A stretch of DNA of 64,000 bases from a virus (Duplodnaviria; Caudoviricetes), in the IMG/VR virus record IMGVR_UViG_3300025087_000689; one strand, given 5' to 3'. The notes under the pieces are model-generated. The model did no database searches and was not told the origin of the DNA. It saw only the letters and a list, made by a program, of their open reading frames with translations. The position numbers and the translations under genes were made by a program. Below are positions 55,810 to 64,000 of this stretch, in pieces (position 1 is the first letter of the stretch; each line of letters begins with the position of its first letter).

Positions 55810-57561
55810 ATGGCTGATTCCTTTGATGAAAGTAAGAGACAAGAATCTGAAGACGCTATAGAGCGTAAAGTTGATTATTTAGAAGCTCTAGGTAGAGATC
55901 AACTTGGTTCTTACGATAGAGCTCAAAAGAGAGCATATGATAATGCTCTTCCTGATGACCAATTTGCACTTGTTCCAGGAGTTGGTGTAGCTGGAAATGC
56001 CCTTAATATTGGAAAACGTTCAGACTATCAATGGATACAAAAAGTTAGGAATATAGCGGCTATTGAATTCGAAAATCAACGTAAGAATGAATTAAACGAA
56101 TTGCAAGCAGCGTATAATCTAAAAACAGCCCCAACCAGTCCTATCGGACAATTTACCGATATACCTGTAAGAATTACTGACGCTCTTGGCAGAGATATTG
56201 GAGCGTCGTTTAGTAGAAGTAGAAATGATTTTGCTAGTGGAGTTGCGTCTGTTTTTGGTCAAAGTGGATCTATAGCTCCTGTTGTTGATACAGCTGATCG
56301 ATATGTTAGAGCGGCAATTGATGATGTTACTAAGATTATAACAGAGTCTCCTTGGATTGAAAAAAGAATAAAGAGTTTGAAAGATAAGGCTAATAAACCT
56401 TTAAATCTTCCGGATGTTAATAGTTTTCTGGGTGGTGTAAATAATGTTTTCGCAACACATTTTAGAAAAGTAATGGGGGATCTTGGTGATATTTTAAATG
56501 AATGGTGGCATGATCCTAGAACACTCTGTTGTTTGATAAAAACTCTTGCGGCATTAGCTCTTGCGACAGGAAAGAAAATAGGTAATGAAACAGGTTTGTA
56601 TGAACCTGACGCTGGAAGTTTTGGTGCCACATATAATAAGATAGTTAAGAAGTACTTTACAGGAAACGCAAAGTTTAGTGAGTTAACAGGAACTAGAGAT
56701 TTCTTTGATAAAATGATCGCAATTTTAAAGATCATACGTAATTTTTTAAATCAGGATCTAAATTTCAACTTTGCTTTAAATCTTGATTTAGGTTTATCTA
56801 TGAGTAAGGCCAGTATTGGTGCTCTTATGGCTCTTCTAACTGCGTTACAGCAAATGTTAGAAGATAAGATCTATACTAAGATGATGGAGATTACTAAGAA
56901 GTATGTTCGCGAAGAAATAAGACAGTGTATACCTTTTGAGAAGTTACTGCGACTTTTAGCAGATTGGATGACAGGACCAGATGGTCTTTTTAAATATATA
57001 GAACAGTTTGTGGATGCTTATATGATTGGATTCGCCCAAAATATGCAATATGGATTCGATCAATCAGCTAAGAATAAAATGATGGATCTCGCAGCTCTTG
57101 ATAAGTTAATTGCCTTATTAGAAAAACTCAGAGATTCGATGTTGAATCTCGAGTTGTGTATTGAAGCAGATTTTAGTAAAACACCAGAATTAAGTGATGA
57201 TGGAATGAATAGTGAGAAGACGGTCGGGATGGGACCAACAAATTACTCTGGACTTGTAGATCAGATCCAAGGTAAAAAACCAATAGGAAATAATATAGTA
57301 TATCCAACAGATAGAGAAATAATGGCTTTCATTACTGGACCACTAGGTGAAAGCCAAGCATTTGCCACACAAGTACTAACATCAGCTAAACTGGTGTCAG
57401 ACGTTAATGTTGGACGTGCGGCTGGTTCTCCAGACAATCAGGGAGCTGGGACAGCAGGCACGGATGGAATAAGTATGGCAATTGGAGATTGTGCGAGAAC
57501 GGTTAATCCAACACGTCTCGAAGAAATCGCTAGATTAGTGGCAGATTGGGACATAATATAA
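55810..57561 (+). CDS. hypothetical head-region protein
   Basis: 583-aa ORF. Confidence 0.7.
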   Translation: MADSFDESKRQESEDAIERKVDYLEALGRDQLGSYDRAQKRAYDNALPDDQFALVPGVGVAGNALNIGKRSDYQWIQKVRNIAAIEFENQRKNELNELQAAYNLKTAPTSPIGQFTDIPVRITDALGRDIGASFSRSRNDFASGVASVFGQSGSIAPVVDTADRYVRAAIDDVTKIITESPWIEKRIKSLKDKANKPLNLPDVNSFLGGVNNVFATHFRKVMGDLGDILNEWWHDPRTLCCLIKTLAALALATGKKIGNETGLYEPDAGSFGATYNKIVKKYFTGNAKFSELTGTRDFFDKMIAILKIIRNFLNQDLNFNFALNLDLGLSMSKASIGALMALLTALQQMLEDKIYTKMMEITKKYVREEIRQCIPFEKLLRLLADWMTGPDGLFKYIEQFVDAYMIGFAQNMQYGFDQSAKNKMMDLAALDKLIALLEKLRDSMLNLELCIEADFSKTPELSDDGMNSEKTVGMGPTNYSGLVDQIQGKKPIGNNIVYPTDREIMAFITGPLGESQAFATQVLTSAKLVSDVNVGRAAGSPDNQGAGTAGTDGISMAIGDCARTVNPTRLEEIARLVADWDII

Positions 57562-57562
57562 T

Positions 57563-60556
57563 ATGACTAATTCGATCTTGTCGCGAATTAAGGGTTTCTT
57601 TAGTGTACCTGTGCAAGATATATATGAACAGGATAAAGCAACTCTTTCATTAGTAACTAATACTAAAGCCACTGGTAATCCTAATCCAACGCCCGTGTCT
57701 ACTAAAGCTGTTCATGCTGGTATGGTATACAATCCATCTCTATCCAGTAAAAATGGCGAGGAAATGTATACTCCACCAGAGTATAATCTCTCTGTTATTG
57801 CCAATTGTTTAGATACAGATAGTTATTTTCGCAGAGCTGTTGAGAAGTACGTTGAGCTTATTTGGAAAGCTGGTTATAGTTTCTATGGTAAAAATCCTAA
57901 TGCTGTAGCTTATGTTCGAAAGAGATTTGAACAAATTGGTGAAGTTACCGCGAACCCGACAGATCAATTATTTAGAGATATTAGTTATCAACTAGTTGAG
58001 TATTCTAATGTTTATGTTTCCAAAGTGCGAAATATGAAAGCATCCGGCGGAAAAGAACGTAGAACTTTTACGGGACAGTTGTTAACACCAGTTGCTGGAT
58101 ACTTCATTGAAGATTCTGTTTCTATGCAGTTAGCTGTAAAAGAAAATGGCGATCCGATAGGTTATAAACAATGTATTCCTGGTTCTAGAGAATGGAAGAT
58201 CTGGAGACCTTGGAATATGATTCATATGGTCCATTCGAGAAAACCAGGACTTCGAGTTGGCACCCCTATGGTTTGGCCGGTGCTTGATGATATTAGGGCT
58301 TTACGTAGAATAGAACAGAACGTTGAACTTCTTATCTTCCAACATACAATTCCACTCTTTCAATATATAGTGGGAACAGAAAATAGACCAGCTCAACCAG
58401 ATGAAATCGTATCAGTAAAACAAACAGTTGAGAGAATGCCTCCAAATGGTTGTGTTGTAACTCCTGAAAGACATGAGATTAAAGCTATCGGATTAGAAGG
58501 AAGTGCTATTGATGTTAGTACTTACCTTGATTACTATAAGAACAGAGTTCTTTCTGGTCTTGGTATGTCTGGTGTTGGTATGGGTGAAGGTTGTCATGAT
58601 GAAAAAACAGAAACTTTAACTGAACATGGATGGAAAAAAATTAATGAAATAGGTTTAACTGATAGAATAGCCACATGTAATCCCATATCGAGAAAAATAG
58701 AATATCATATTCCAAATGAACGTTTTGTTGCAAGATATACAGGTGAAATGGTTTGCATGAATACTAAACACGTTAATTTTAAGGTAACACCTAATCATGA
58801 AATGTGGATATGTAATGATCCTAAAATTAATACATGGAAGAAAATAAAAGCAGAAGAATTAATAGGTCATGGACCAGAAAATTTTTCCTTTTTAGAAAAA
58901 ACTGAAGGAAAGATTAATTCTGATATAAATGAATTTATAACTATTAATAACATTCCTTATACATGTAAGAATACTAAACAATTAAAATTTCAACCATTAA
59001 TATTTAATAAAAAATATTTTTCTGAATTTTTAGGTTACTTTGTATCAGAAGGTTCTTTAGAAACATCTAATCATAAATTCAGAATAATTTTAACTCAGAA
59101 AAAAGAAGATATCTTACAAAAAATGATAGAGTGTTTAGAAAAATTAAGTATAAACTATTCTAAATCTATTGATAAGGGTGGTTGTACTAATATAAGTATC
59201 TATCATAAATCATTATATATTTATTTATTAAATGAATGTGGTAAAGGTTGTTATAATAAAAAAGCACCTAAATTTTTAAAAAATGAATCTGATGAAATTA
59301 TTAATATGTTTTTAGAAGCCGCAATTGATGGTGATGGAACAAGATGTAAGAAAAAAGGAAGTTCGCATAGTACTTATTATACTACATCAGAACAGTTAGC
59401 AGATGATATACAAGAATTATCTATTTTAGTTGGGCGTACAGCAAAAAAGAAAAAATATTATCATAATGAAGATAAAAAAGGAATAGGATATATTTATAGG
59501 ATTTTTATAAGTAACCGAAATTCGATTTTTAGACATGTAAAAAGAAAAGATTTATATAGAGAATATTATCATGGTTATATATATTGTTTTAATGTACCAA
59601 ACCATTTATTTTTAACTAGGAGAGAAGGTAAAGTAACAATTCAAGGAAATTCTACTTCTAATAAAGGTACGGCTATAGTCCTTGATAAACACCTAGTTAA
59701 TAGTTGTGGTATGTTTCAACAGGTCTTTAAAATGAACGTTGATGAATTCATGATTAAGGAGTTACTTGCTGAAGGTGGTTTTGATACGAGTTATATTAAT
59801 GAAGATAATAAGGTTGGTATTCTATTCCCGCCCATTGATACCGAGGAACAACGAGCCAAAGAGAATCATTATGCTCAAATGTATACTCAACATGCTGTCA
59901 ATGAAGATGAAATGAGAAAAGAATTTGGCATGGAACCTATGCAAGATGGTGAGAGAGATAAGGATTATTTTGAGTTAATTTTAAAACCTCTGGAAATGAT
60001 TAAGGCAAAACTTGCCCAGGAGACGGCAATAATTGCCGGACAAGCAAAACCAGTAGTAACTAAGTCACTTTCAGGTGCTTCCAAAGTACATCGTCCAAAT
60101 AAAGTTGGAGCTGCCAAAGAAAGACCGACTAACCAGCACGGACAACTTGGAGCTAAACCTAGAATTCCAAAGAATGATGAAGTAGAACAACTTCTTGATA
60201 TCTTTAAAGATACAAAAAATGATCTTATAGATTCCTGTATAGATGCTGTAAAGGAAGACGTTCCACTCCTAACTAAGTTAACTGGTATTAGAAAATACAA
60301 TTTTGAGAACTCAAAATCCATTATTGAAAAAAAGAAAGCTGAATCAACATTAGAAGATAAAGAAGCTTTATATGGAACAGCTATAAGGACTTTGGATGAG
60401 TTATATGATAGATTTAGCAAGATTCAAGACATGAAACATGTTGATGATCTTACAGTTAGAATCAGTTCTTTATTTTCTACTTTAAGTGTTCGAATTGAAG
60501 GTTATTACGTAGATGATGTTGAAGATACTATAAGTGACTTGAATTCAGATAGTTAA
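57563..60556 (+). CDS. portal protein (intein-containing)
   Basis: PEYNLSVI...DSYFRRAV, IHMVHSRKPGLRVGTP...DDIRALRRIE, VTPERHEIK; position between terL and protease. Confidence 0.85.
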   Translation: MTNSILSRIKGFFSVPVQDIYEQDKATLSLVTNTKATGNPNPTPVSTKAVHAGMVYNPSLSSKNGEEMYTPPEYNLSVIANCLDTDSYFRRAVEKYVELIWKAGYSFYGKNPNAVAYVRKRFEQIGEVTANPTDQLFRDISYQLVEYSNVYVSKVRNMKASGGKERRTFTGQLLTPVAGYFIEDSVSMQLAVKENGDPIGYKQCIPGSREWKIWRPWNMIHMVHSRKPGLRVGTPMVWPVLDDIRALRRIEQNVELLIFQHTIPLFQYIVGTENRPAQPDEIVSVKQTVERMPPNGCVVTPERHEIKAIGLEGSAIDVSTYLDYYKNRVLSGLGMSGVGMGEGCHDEKTETLTEHGWKKINEIGLTDRIATCNPISRKIEYHIPNERFVARYTGEMVCMNTKHVNFKVTPNHEMWICNDPKINTWKKIKAEELIGHGPENFSFLEKTEGKINSDINEFITINNIPYTCKNTKQLKFQPLIFNKKYFSEFLGYFVSEGSLETSNHKFRIILTQKKEDILQKMIECLEKLSINYSKSIDKGGCTNISIYHKSLYIYLLNECGKGCYNKKAPKFLKNESDEIINMFLEAAIDGDGTRCKKKGSSHSTYYTTSEQLADDIQELSILVGRTAKKKKYYHNEDKKGIGYIYRIFISNRNSIFRHVKRKDLYREYYHGYIYCFNVPNHLFLTRREGKVTIQGNSTSNKGTAIVLDKHLVNSCGMFQQVFKMNVDEFMIKELLAEGGFDTSYINEDNKVGILFPPIDTEEQRAKENHYAQMYTQHAVNEDEMRKEFGMEPMQDGERDKDYFELILKPLEMIKAKLAQETAIIAGQAKPVVTKSLSGASKVHRPNKVGAAKERPTNQHGQLGAKPRIPKNDEVEQLLDIFKDTKNDLIDSCIDAVKEDVPLLTKLTGIRKYNFENSKSIIEKKKAESTLEDKEALYGTAIRTLDELYDRFSKIQDMKHVDDLTVRISSLFSTLSVRIEGYYVDDVEDTISDLNSDS
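58592..59650 (+). mobile_element. intein with LAGLIDADG endonuclease (353 aa) in portal
   Basis: GMGEG|CHDEKTE..., VTPNHEM, FLGYFVSEG, AIDGDG, VTIQGN|S. Confidence 0.9.
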
Positions 60557-60568
60557 ATAAAGTATACT
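60539..60568 (+). promoter_or_regulatory. putative head-operon promoter
   Basis: TTGAAT-N18-TATACT. Confidence 0.5.
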
Positions 60569-60578
60569 ATTATTAACA

Positions 60579-62012
60579 ATGACAAAGAAAAACATAGCTA
60601 TTATTCGAGCCACTGACGCGGGGTTTGTAAACTGTAATAACACCTGGTATCTTGAAGAAGATATGGCTAATGCTGTTTCTACTTGGACGGATCCTTTTCA
60701 AAAACCTGTTCTTGCACATCACGAAATAAAAAAGGATGCTATTGGAAGAGTACTTTCGGCAAAATATATTCAACTAAAAGATTCTAAGGGAAATAAACCT
60801 CGCGGATATATTCAGCTTGAAGCAGAAATTACAGATGCTGAAGCTGTAACAAAGATTAGAGATAAAAGATACAATACGGTTTCGATTTCAACTGATGCTC
60901 GCACTGCTGTTTGCTCAATATGCAATCATGATATTGCTAAAAATGGTTTGTGTGAACATGAGAGGGGAAAGAAATACGACGGTAAGAAATGCTTTTGGTA
61001 TTTGGGCGGTCTTAAGTATAAGGAAGTATCGTACGTGAACGCACCAGCGGACGAGTACGCCGAAACTGAAAGATTCGAAGAAAAGGAAGTTACTATGGCA
61101 GTTCAAGACTCTGTACAAGTTCCAAAGTTCACTTTTGTTGATAATACAGAAGAATGTGAAACTTGGGAAGATTATACAGAAGATGATCTAGCTCTAGCTC
61201 ATTGGTTGATGATTGAGATAGATAGTGAATTATCTGAAGAAGATAAGGTATTATCCACTAAAACCAGAAAAACAATGAAACCATCCTCATTCTGTGGTCC
61301 AAATAAATCATTTCCCGTCTCGGATTGTTCCCACGTAACCGCAGCTAGAAGATTGATTGGTAAGTATAAAGGTCCTGGAGACAAGACTAAAATACTTAAC
61401 TGTGTCAATCGTAAGGCTAAGGCAATGGGTTGCGATAGTAGTAAAGATACTTTAATAACAGAAGGAGATTCAATGGCAATTACATTGAAAGATGCTCTTG
61501 AAACCGATGCGGTCAAACAGCATATCGACTCCGAAATTCAAAAGGCAACACAACCTTTAAAAGATCAACTCGTTGGCATGTCAGCTTTATCTGAAAAAGT
61601 TGCGACGTTAGAAACAGGTGTGAAGTCTAAGGATTCAGAGTTAGCATCAAACAAAGAGACAATTAAGAAACTTGAAGATTCTGTAACAGCAATGAAAACA
61701 GAAATTCACAAGGGTCTTGTTGATCGCGTTTTTGATCTGCGGAAGAATCTGCAGAAAAAAGATGTAATGGCTCTAAAGGACGATAAGGAAGTAGAAGTCT
61801 TCAAGGCTGAACTTGCGAAACGTACTGATGAAAGCCTTAAAGACGCCGTAGCAGATCTATCTAAGGAAGTAGTTGTAGAAGTTAAGGCAACTGATACTTT
61901 AGTATCTACTCCTGATAAAATAGAAACTGCAACTGAAGATGCTACGAAGATAGCACCTATAGTTGGCAAGTCTCGTAAAGAGACTGTTAAAGACATTATC
62001 TTCAAAAATTAA
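60579..62012 (+). CDS. prohead protease with DUF6582-like insert and scaffold-like tail
   Basis: KPVLAHH...AIGRV, YNTVSIS, CSICNHD..CEH, EVSYVNAPAD; FCGPNKSFPVSDCSHVTAARR; C-terminal coiled coil. Confidence 0.85.
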   Translation: MTKKNIAIIRATDAGFVNCNNTWYLEEDMANAVSTWTDPFQKPVLAHHEIKKDAIGRVLSAKYIQLKDSKGNKPRGYIQLEAEITDAEAVTKIRDKRYNTVSISTDARTAVCSICNHDIAKNGLCEHERGKKYDGKKCFWYLGGLKYKEVSYVNAPADEYAETERFEEKEVTMAVQDSVQVPKFTFVDNTEECETWEDYTEDDLALAHWLMIEIDSELSEEDKVLSTKTRKTMKPSSFCGPNKSFPVSDCSHVTAARRLIGKYKGPGDKTKILNCVNRKAKAMGCDSSKDTLITEGDSMAITLKDALETDAVKQHIDSEIQKATQPLKDQLVGMSALSEKVATLETGVKSKDSELASNKETIKKLEDSVTAMKTEIHKGLVDRVFDLRKNLQKKDVMALKDDKEVEVFKAELAKRTDESLKDAVADLSKEVVVEVKATDTLVSTPDKIETATEDATKIAPIVGKSRKETVKDIIFKN

Positions 62013-62026
62013 GGGAGGATTTTCTA

Positions 62027-63172
62027 ATGGCTGATTTAACTTTTACAAATCAAGGTCTAAGAGCTCAAAGCCTGAGAGCCGCCCCGTCGAAATATGCGAA
62101 GTCAAAACTTCGTTATAATTTTGAACAGTCTGAAGGTCAGAGATTGGCCGAAGTGTTTTATCCTTGGAAGTACCTTCCAGTACAATTCCAAGATATTGCA
62201 ACTGAAGACTTTGTGGTGATTCCAAAGGGCAAAATCGTATCCGCTATTGGATACGGAGATTACGTAGGTGCGATGGAGGCTACTGCTGCTGCCACATCTG
62301 GTATTCTTGCAAATCCACATGCGAGTGGTTCGATTCCAGTTTTCTCTAACCGTGCTGGTACTGTTGTAACAGCTAACATGGATTCAGATTTCTGGGGTTA
62401 CAATGAAAGTGTTTGTAGTCTTCTGGTTCCAGCTAATGGTGGTCAGGATCGTACGACTGCGAATCTCTATGAGTATACAGCGAATGACGTAACAGCTGGA
62501 ACATATAGAGCTGGAAACGTTCTTGCCGCAGACGGCGATGACGTCGCTGGTCCAGGTTGTTCTGGAAACATTCCTATCGGCGTTGCTATGTACGATATCT
62601 ATCAGGATATTCGTGGTAAGAACCTAAACTACCAGCAATGGGATAAATGGGGAACACTGTCTGACTTCTATGTAACAGTGCCTTTCATCCGTGAGGGTTT
62701 TGGTGGAACTACATTCAATAAAGGCTTATCGGCTTTTGATCACGCTGATGACGTAGCATCTATTAGTGCACTTCGCAATATGACGTTCCTTACTATTCCT
62801 TCTGGCACGTATGCTCGTACAGGTTGTACTATTGCACCTGATATTCGTGGTAACTACGTTATTGAACACACGAATGCAGTATTAAGTGATGTTGCTGGTG
62901 TTTCTGGTGCTGCTAATCCAACAATTCAAACAGTTGGTCGCCTAATAACATTAGACACAAGATTCCCAAAGGATCTGTTACAATATGTTGATACCTATGA
63001 AGGTTCACAGATGGCGGGTACTGACACTGGTGGACTACCTTACTGGTTATTCATCTTTGCCTATAACTATCTGACAGCTGCTACAGGATCTGCTCCTGCT
63101 ATTAGTTCTATCGTCGACTACGTTAAATCGGGTCGTTTCGGTATGGCTCGTATTCAGTTGCACATCAACTAA
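62027..63172 (+). CDS. head decoration/cement protein
   Basis: SD GGAGG; between protease and MCP; PIGVAMYDIY motif. Confidence 0.6.
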   Translation: MADLTFTNQGLRAQSLRAAPSKYAKSKLRYNFEQSEGQRLAEVFYPWKYLPVQFQDIATEDFVVIPKGKIVSAIGYGDYVGAMEATAAATSGILANPHASGSIPVFSNRAGTVVTANMDSDFWGYNESVCSLLVPANGGQDRTTANLYEYTANDVTAGTYRAGNVLAADGDDVAGPGCSGNIPIGVAMYDIYQDIRGKNLNYQQWDKWGTLSDFYVTVPFIREGFGGTTFNKGLSAFDHADDVASISALRNMTFLTIPSGTYARTGCTIAPDIRGNYVIEHTNAVLSDVAGVSGAANPTIQTVGRLITLDTRFPKDLLQYVDTYEGSQMAGTDTGGLPYWLFIFAYNYLTAATGSAPAISSIVDYVKSGRFGMARIQLHIN

Positions 63173-63186
63173 GGAGGAATAAATAA

Positions 63187-64000
63187 ATGAGACAGTTTAA
63201 AGATGAAAAAGAGAAGAAAGCCTATGCGAGAGTGTATGATGCTTTCACAAATAATGGAGAGATCCAAGGCGAAGACAGTGTCGTAACTGTTAGCGACTTA
63301 GTAACTTCTCCAGACGTAGCTCGTTTTATTCCTCAGGTTGTAGAACAAGTTGTACGTGAAGCCCTCGAACCAAACCTAGTAATCGTTCCTAATCTGTTCC
63401 AGGAAGTACGTCTCGAACGTGGTTCCAGAGTTCAGATCGGTGCTCTAGGTGCCTTAACAGCATCTGAAGTAGCTGAAGGTGGCGAATACAAAGAGAATGA
63501 TATGCAAATGGACGGTGGTGACATGGTCGCCGTAACCGTTTCAAAACACGGTCTTATGATTCGCGTGACTGATGAAATGATTAGTGATAATCAGTTCGAC
63601 GTTATCGGACTCTGGCTCCGTGCTGCAGGTCGTGCTCTTGCTCGTCACAAAGAACAGTATGCGATGAGAAAAATTAATGAGTTTGGTATTGATATTTTCA
63701 ATAACACAACTCCTGCTAATGCTATGTATGGCTCAACAAGTGGTCGCGATATCACTGGTGCCGGTAACGGTTCCATGACACCCGAGAACATCTGGGACAT
63801 GTATGCTGAATTGCTGATGAGGGGTTTTACTCCCGACACAGTTCTCATGCATCCTCTTGCATGGCGTTGTTTTATGTCAGATCCTGAGATGAGAGAACAG
63901 GTTCTGAATGGTGCTACAGTTGCTACACGTCAGATGCCCGCTGGCTCGACTACTTCTGGTTGGGGAACATCCCATAATGGATATGGTCTGAGAACACAGG
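63187..64000 (+). CDS. major capsid protein (partial, runs off window)
   Basis: SD AAGGAGG; MRQFKDEK...FIPQVVEQVVREALEP...EVAEGGEY...KHGLMIRVTDEMISDNQFDVIGLWLRAAGRALARHKE (HK97-fold pattern). Confidence 0.88.
   Translation, partial: MRQFKDEKEKKAYARVYDAFTNNGEIQGEDSVVTVSDLVTSPDVARFIPQVVEQVVREALEPNLVIVPNLFQEVRLERGSRVQIGALGALTASEVAEGGEYKENDMQMDGGDMVAVTVSKHGLMIRVTDEMISDNQFDVIGLWLRAAGRALARHKEQYAMRKINEFGIDIFNNTTPANAMYGSTSGRDITGAGNGSMTPENIWDMYAELLMRGFTPDTVLMHPLAWRCFMSDPEMREQVLNGATVATRQMPAGSTTSGWGTSHNGYGLRTQ

Noticed and set aside
44994-63848. Minus-strand ORFs in the structural arm (e.g. 56259-56735, 59965-60420)
   Set aside because: Antisense shadows without motifs or SD
1-64000. Stop-codon reassignment
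   Set aside because: Long genes are intact under code 11 and end in TAA, TAG or TGA; no suppressor tRNA; broken ORFs are explained by indels

Overview
64 kb of a large lytic-type tailed dsDNA phage genome (HK97-fold capsid, standard genetic code; no integrase or CRISPR seen). Bases 1-43.3 kb are transcribed on the minus strand. They hold small accessory ORFs, RecA-like and DUF932-like proteins, an SLT transglycosylase, Nudix, PurA-like, vWA and SpoVG proteins, and four nucleic-acid ligases: an ATP-dependent DNA ligase, a LigD-like phosphoesterase-ligase, an RNA ligase fractured by a naturally split intein, and an RtcB remnant. They also carry 11 dispersed tRNA genes (some degenerate, one with a group I intron plus HNH), one tRNA half and several structured non-coding RNA candidates. 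From 43.5 kb the plus strand carries homing endonucleases, an M15 endolysin, terminase (intein), portal (intein), prohead protease, a head accessory protein and the start of the major capsid protein. The most unusual signals are: (1) a 178-nt RNA keeping both loops of the 23S rRNA GTPase-associated (L11-binding) centre around a ~120-nt insert; (2) a circularly permuted, YrlA/Y-RNA-like tRNA mimic behind a helical-protein gene, with a second gene-plus-periodic-RNA module at 2.9-3.5 kb; (3) the split-intein RNA ligase; (4) a shared hydrophobic C-terminal tag on many unrelated small proteins. All calls are by eye from motifs; no database search or folding program was run.
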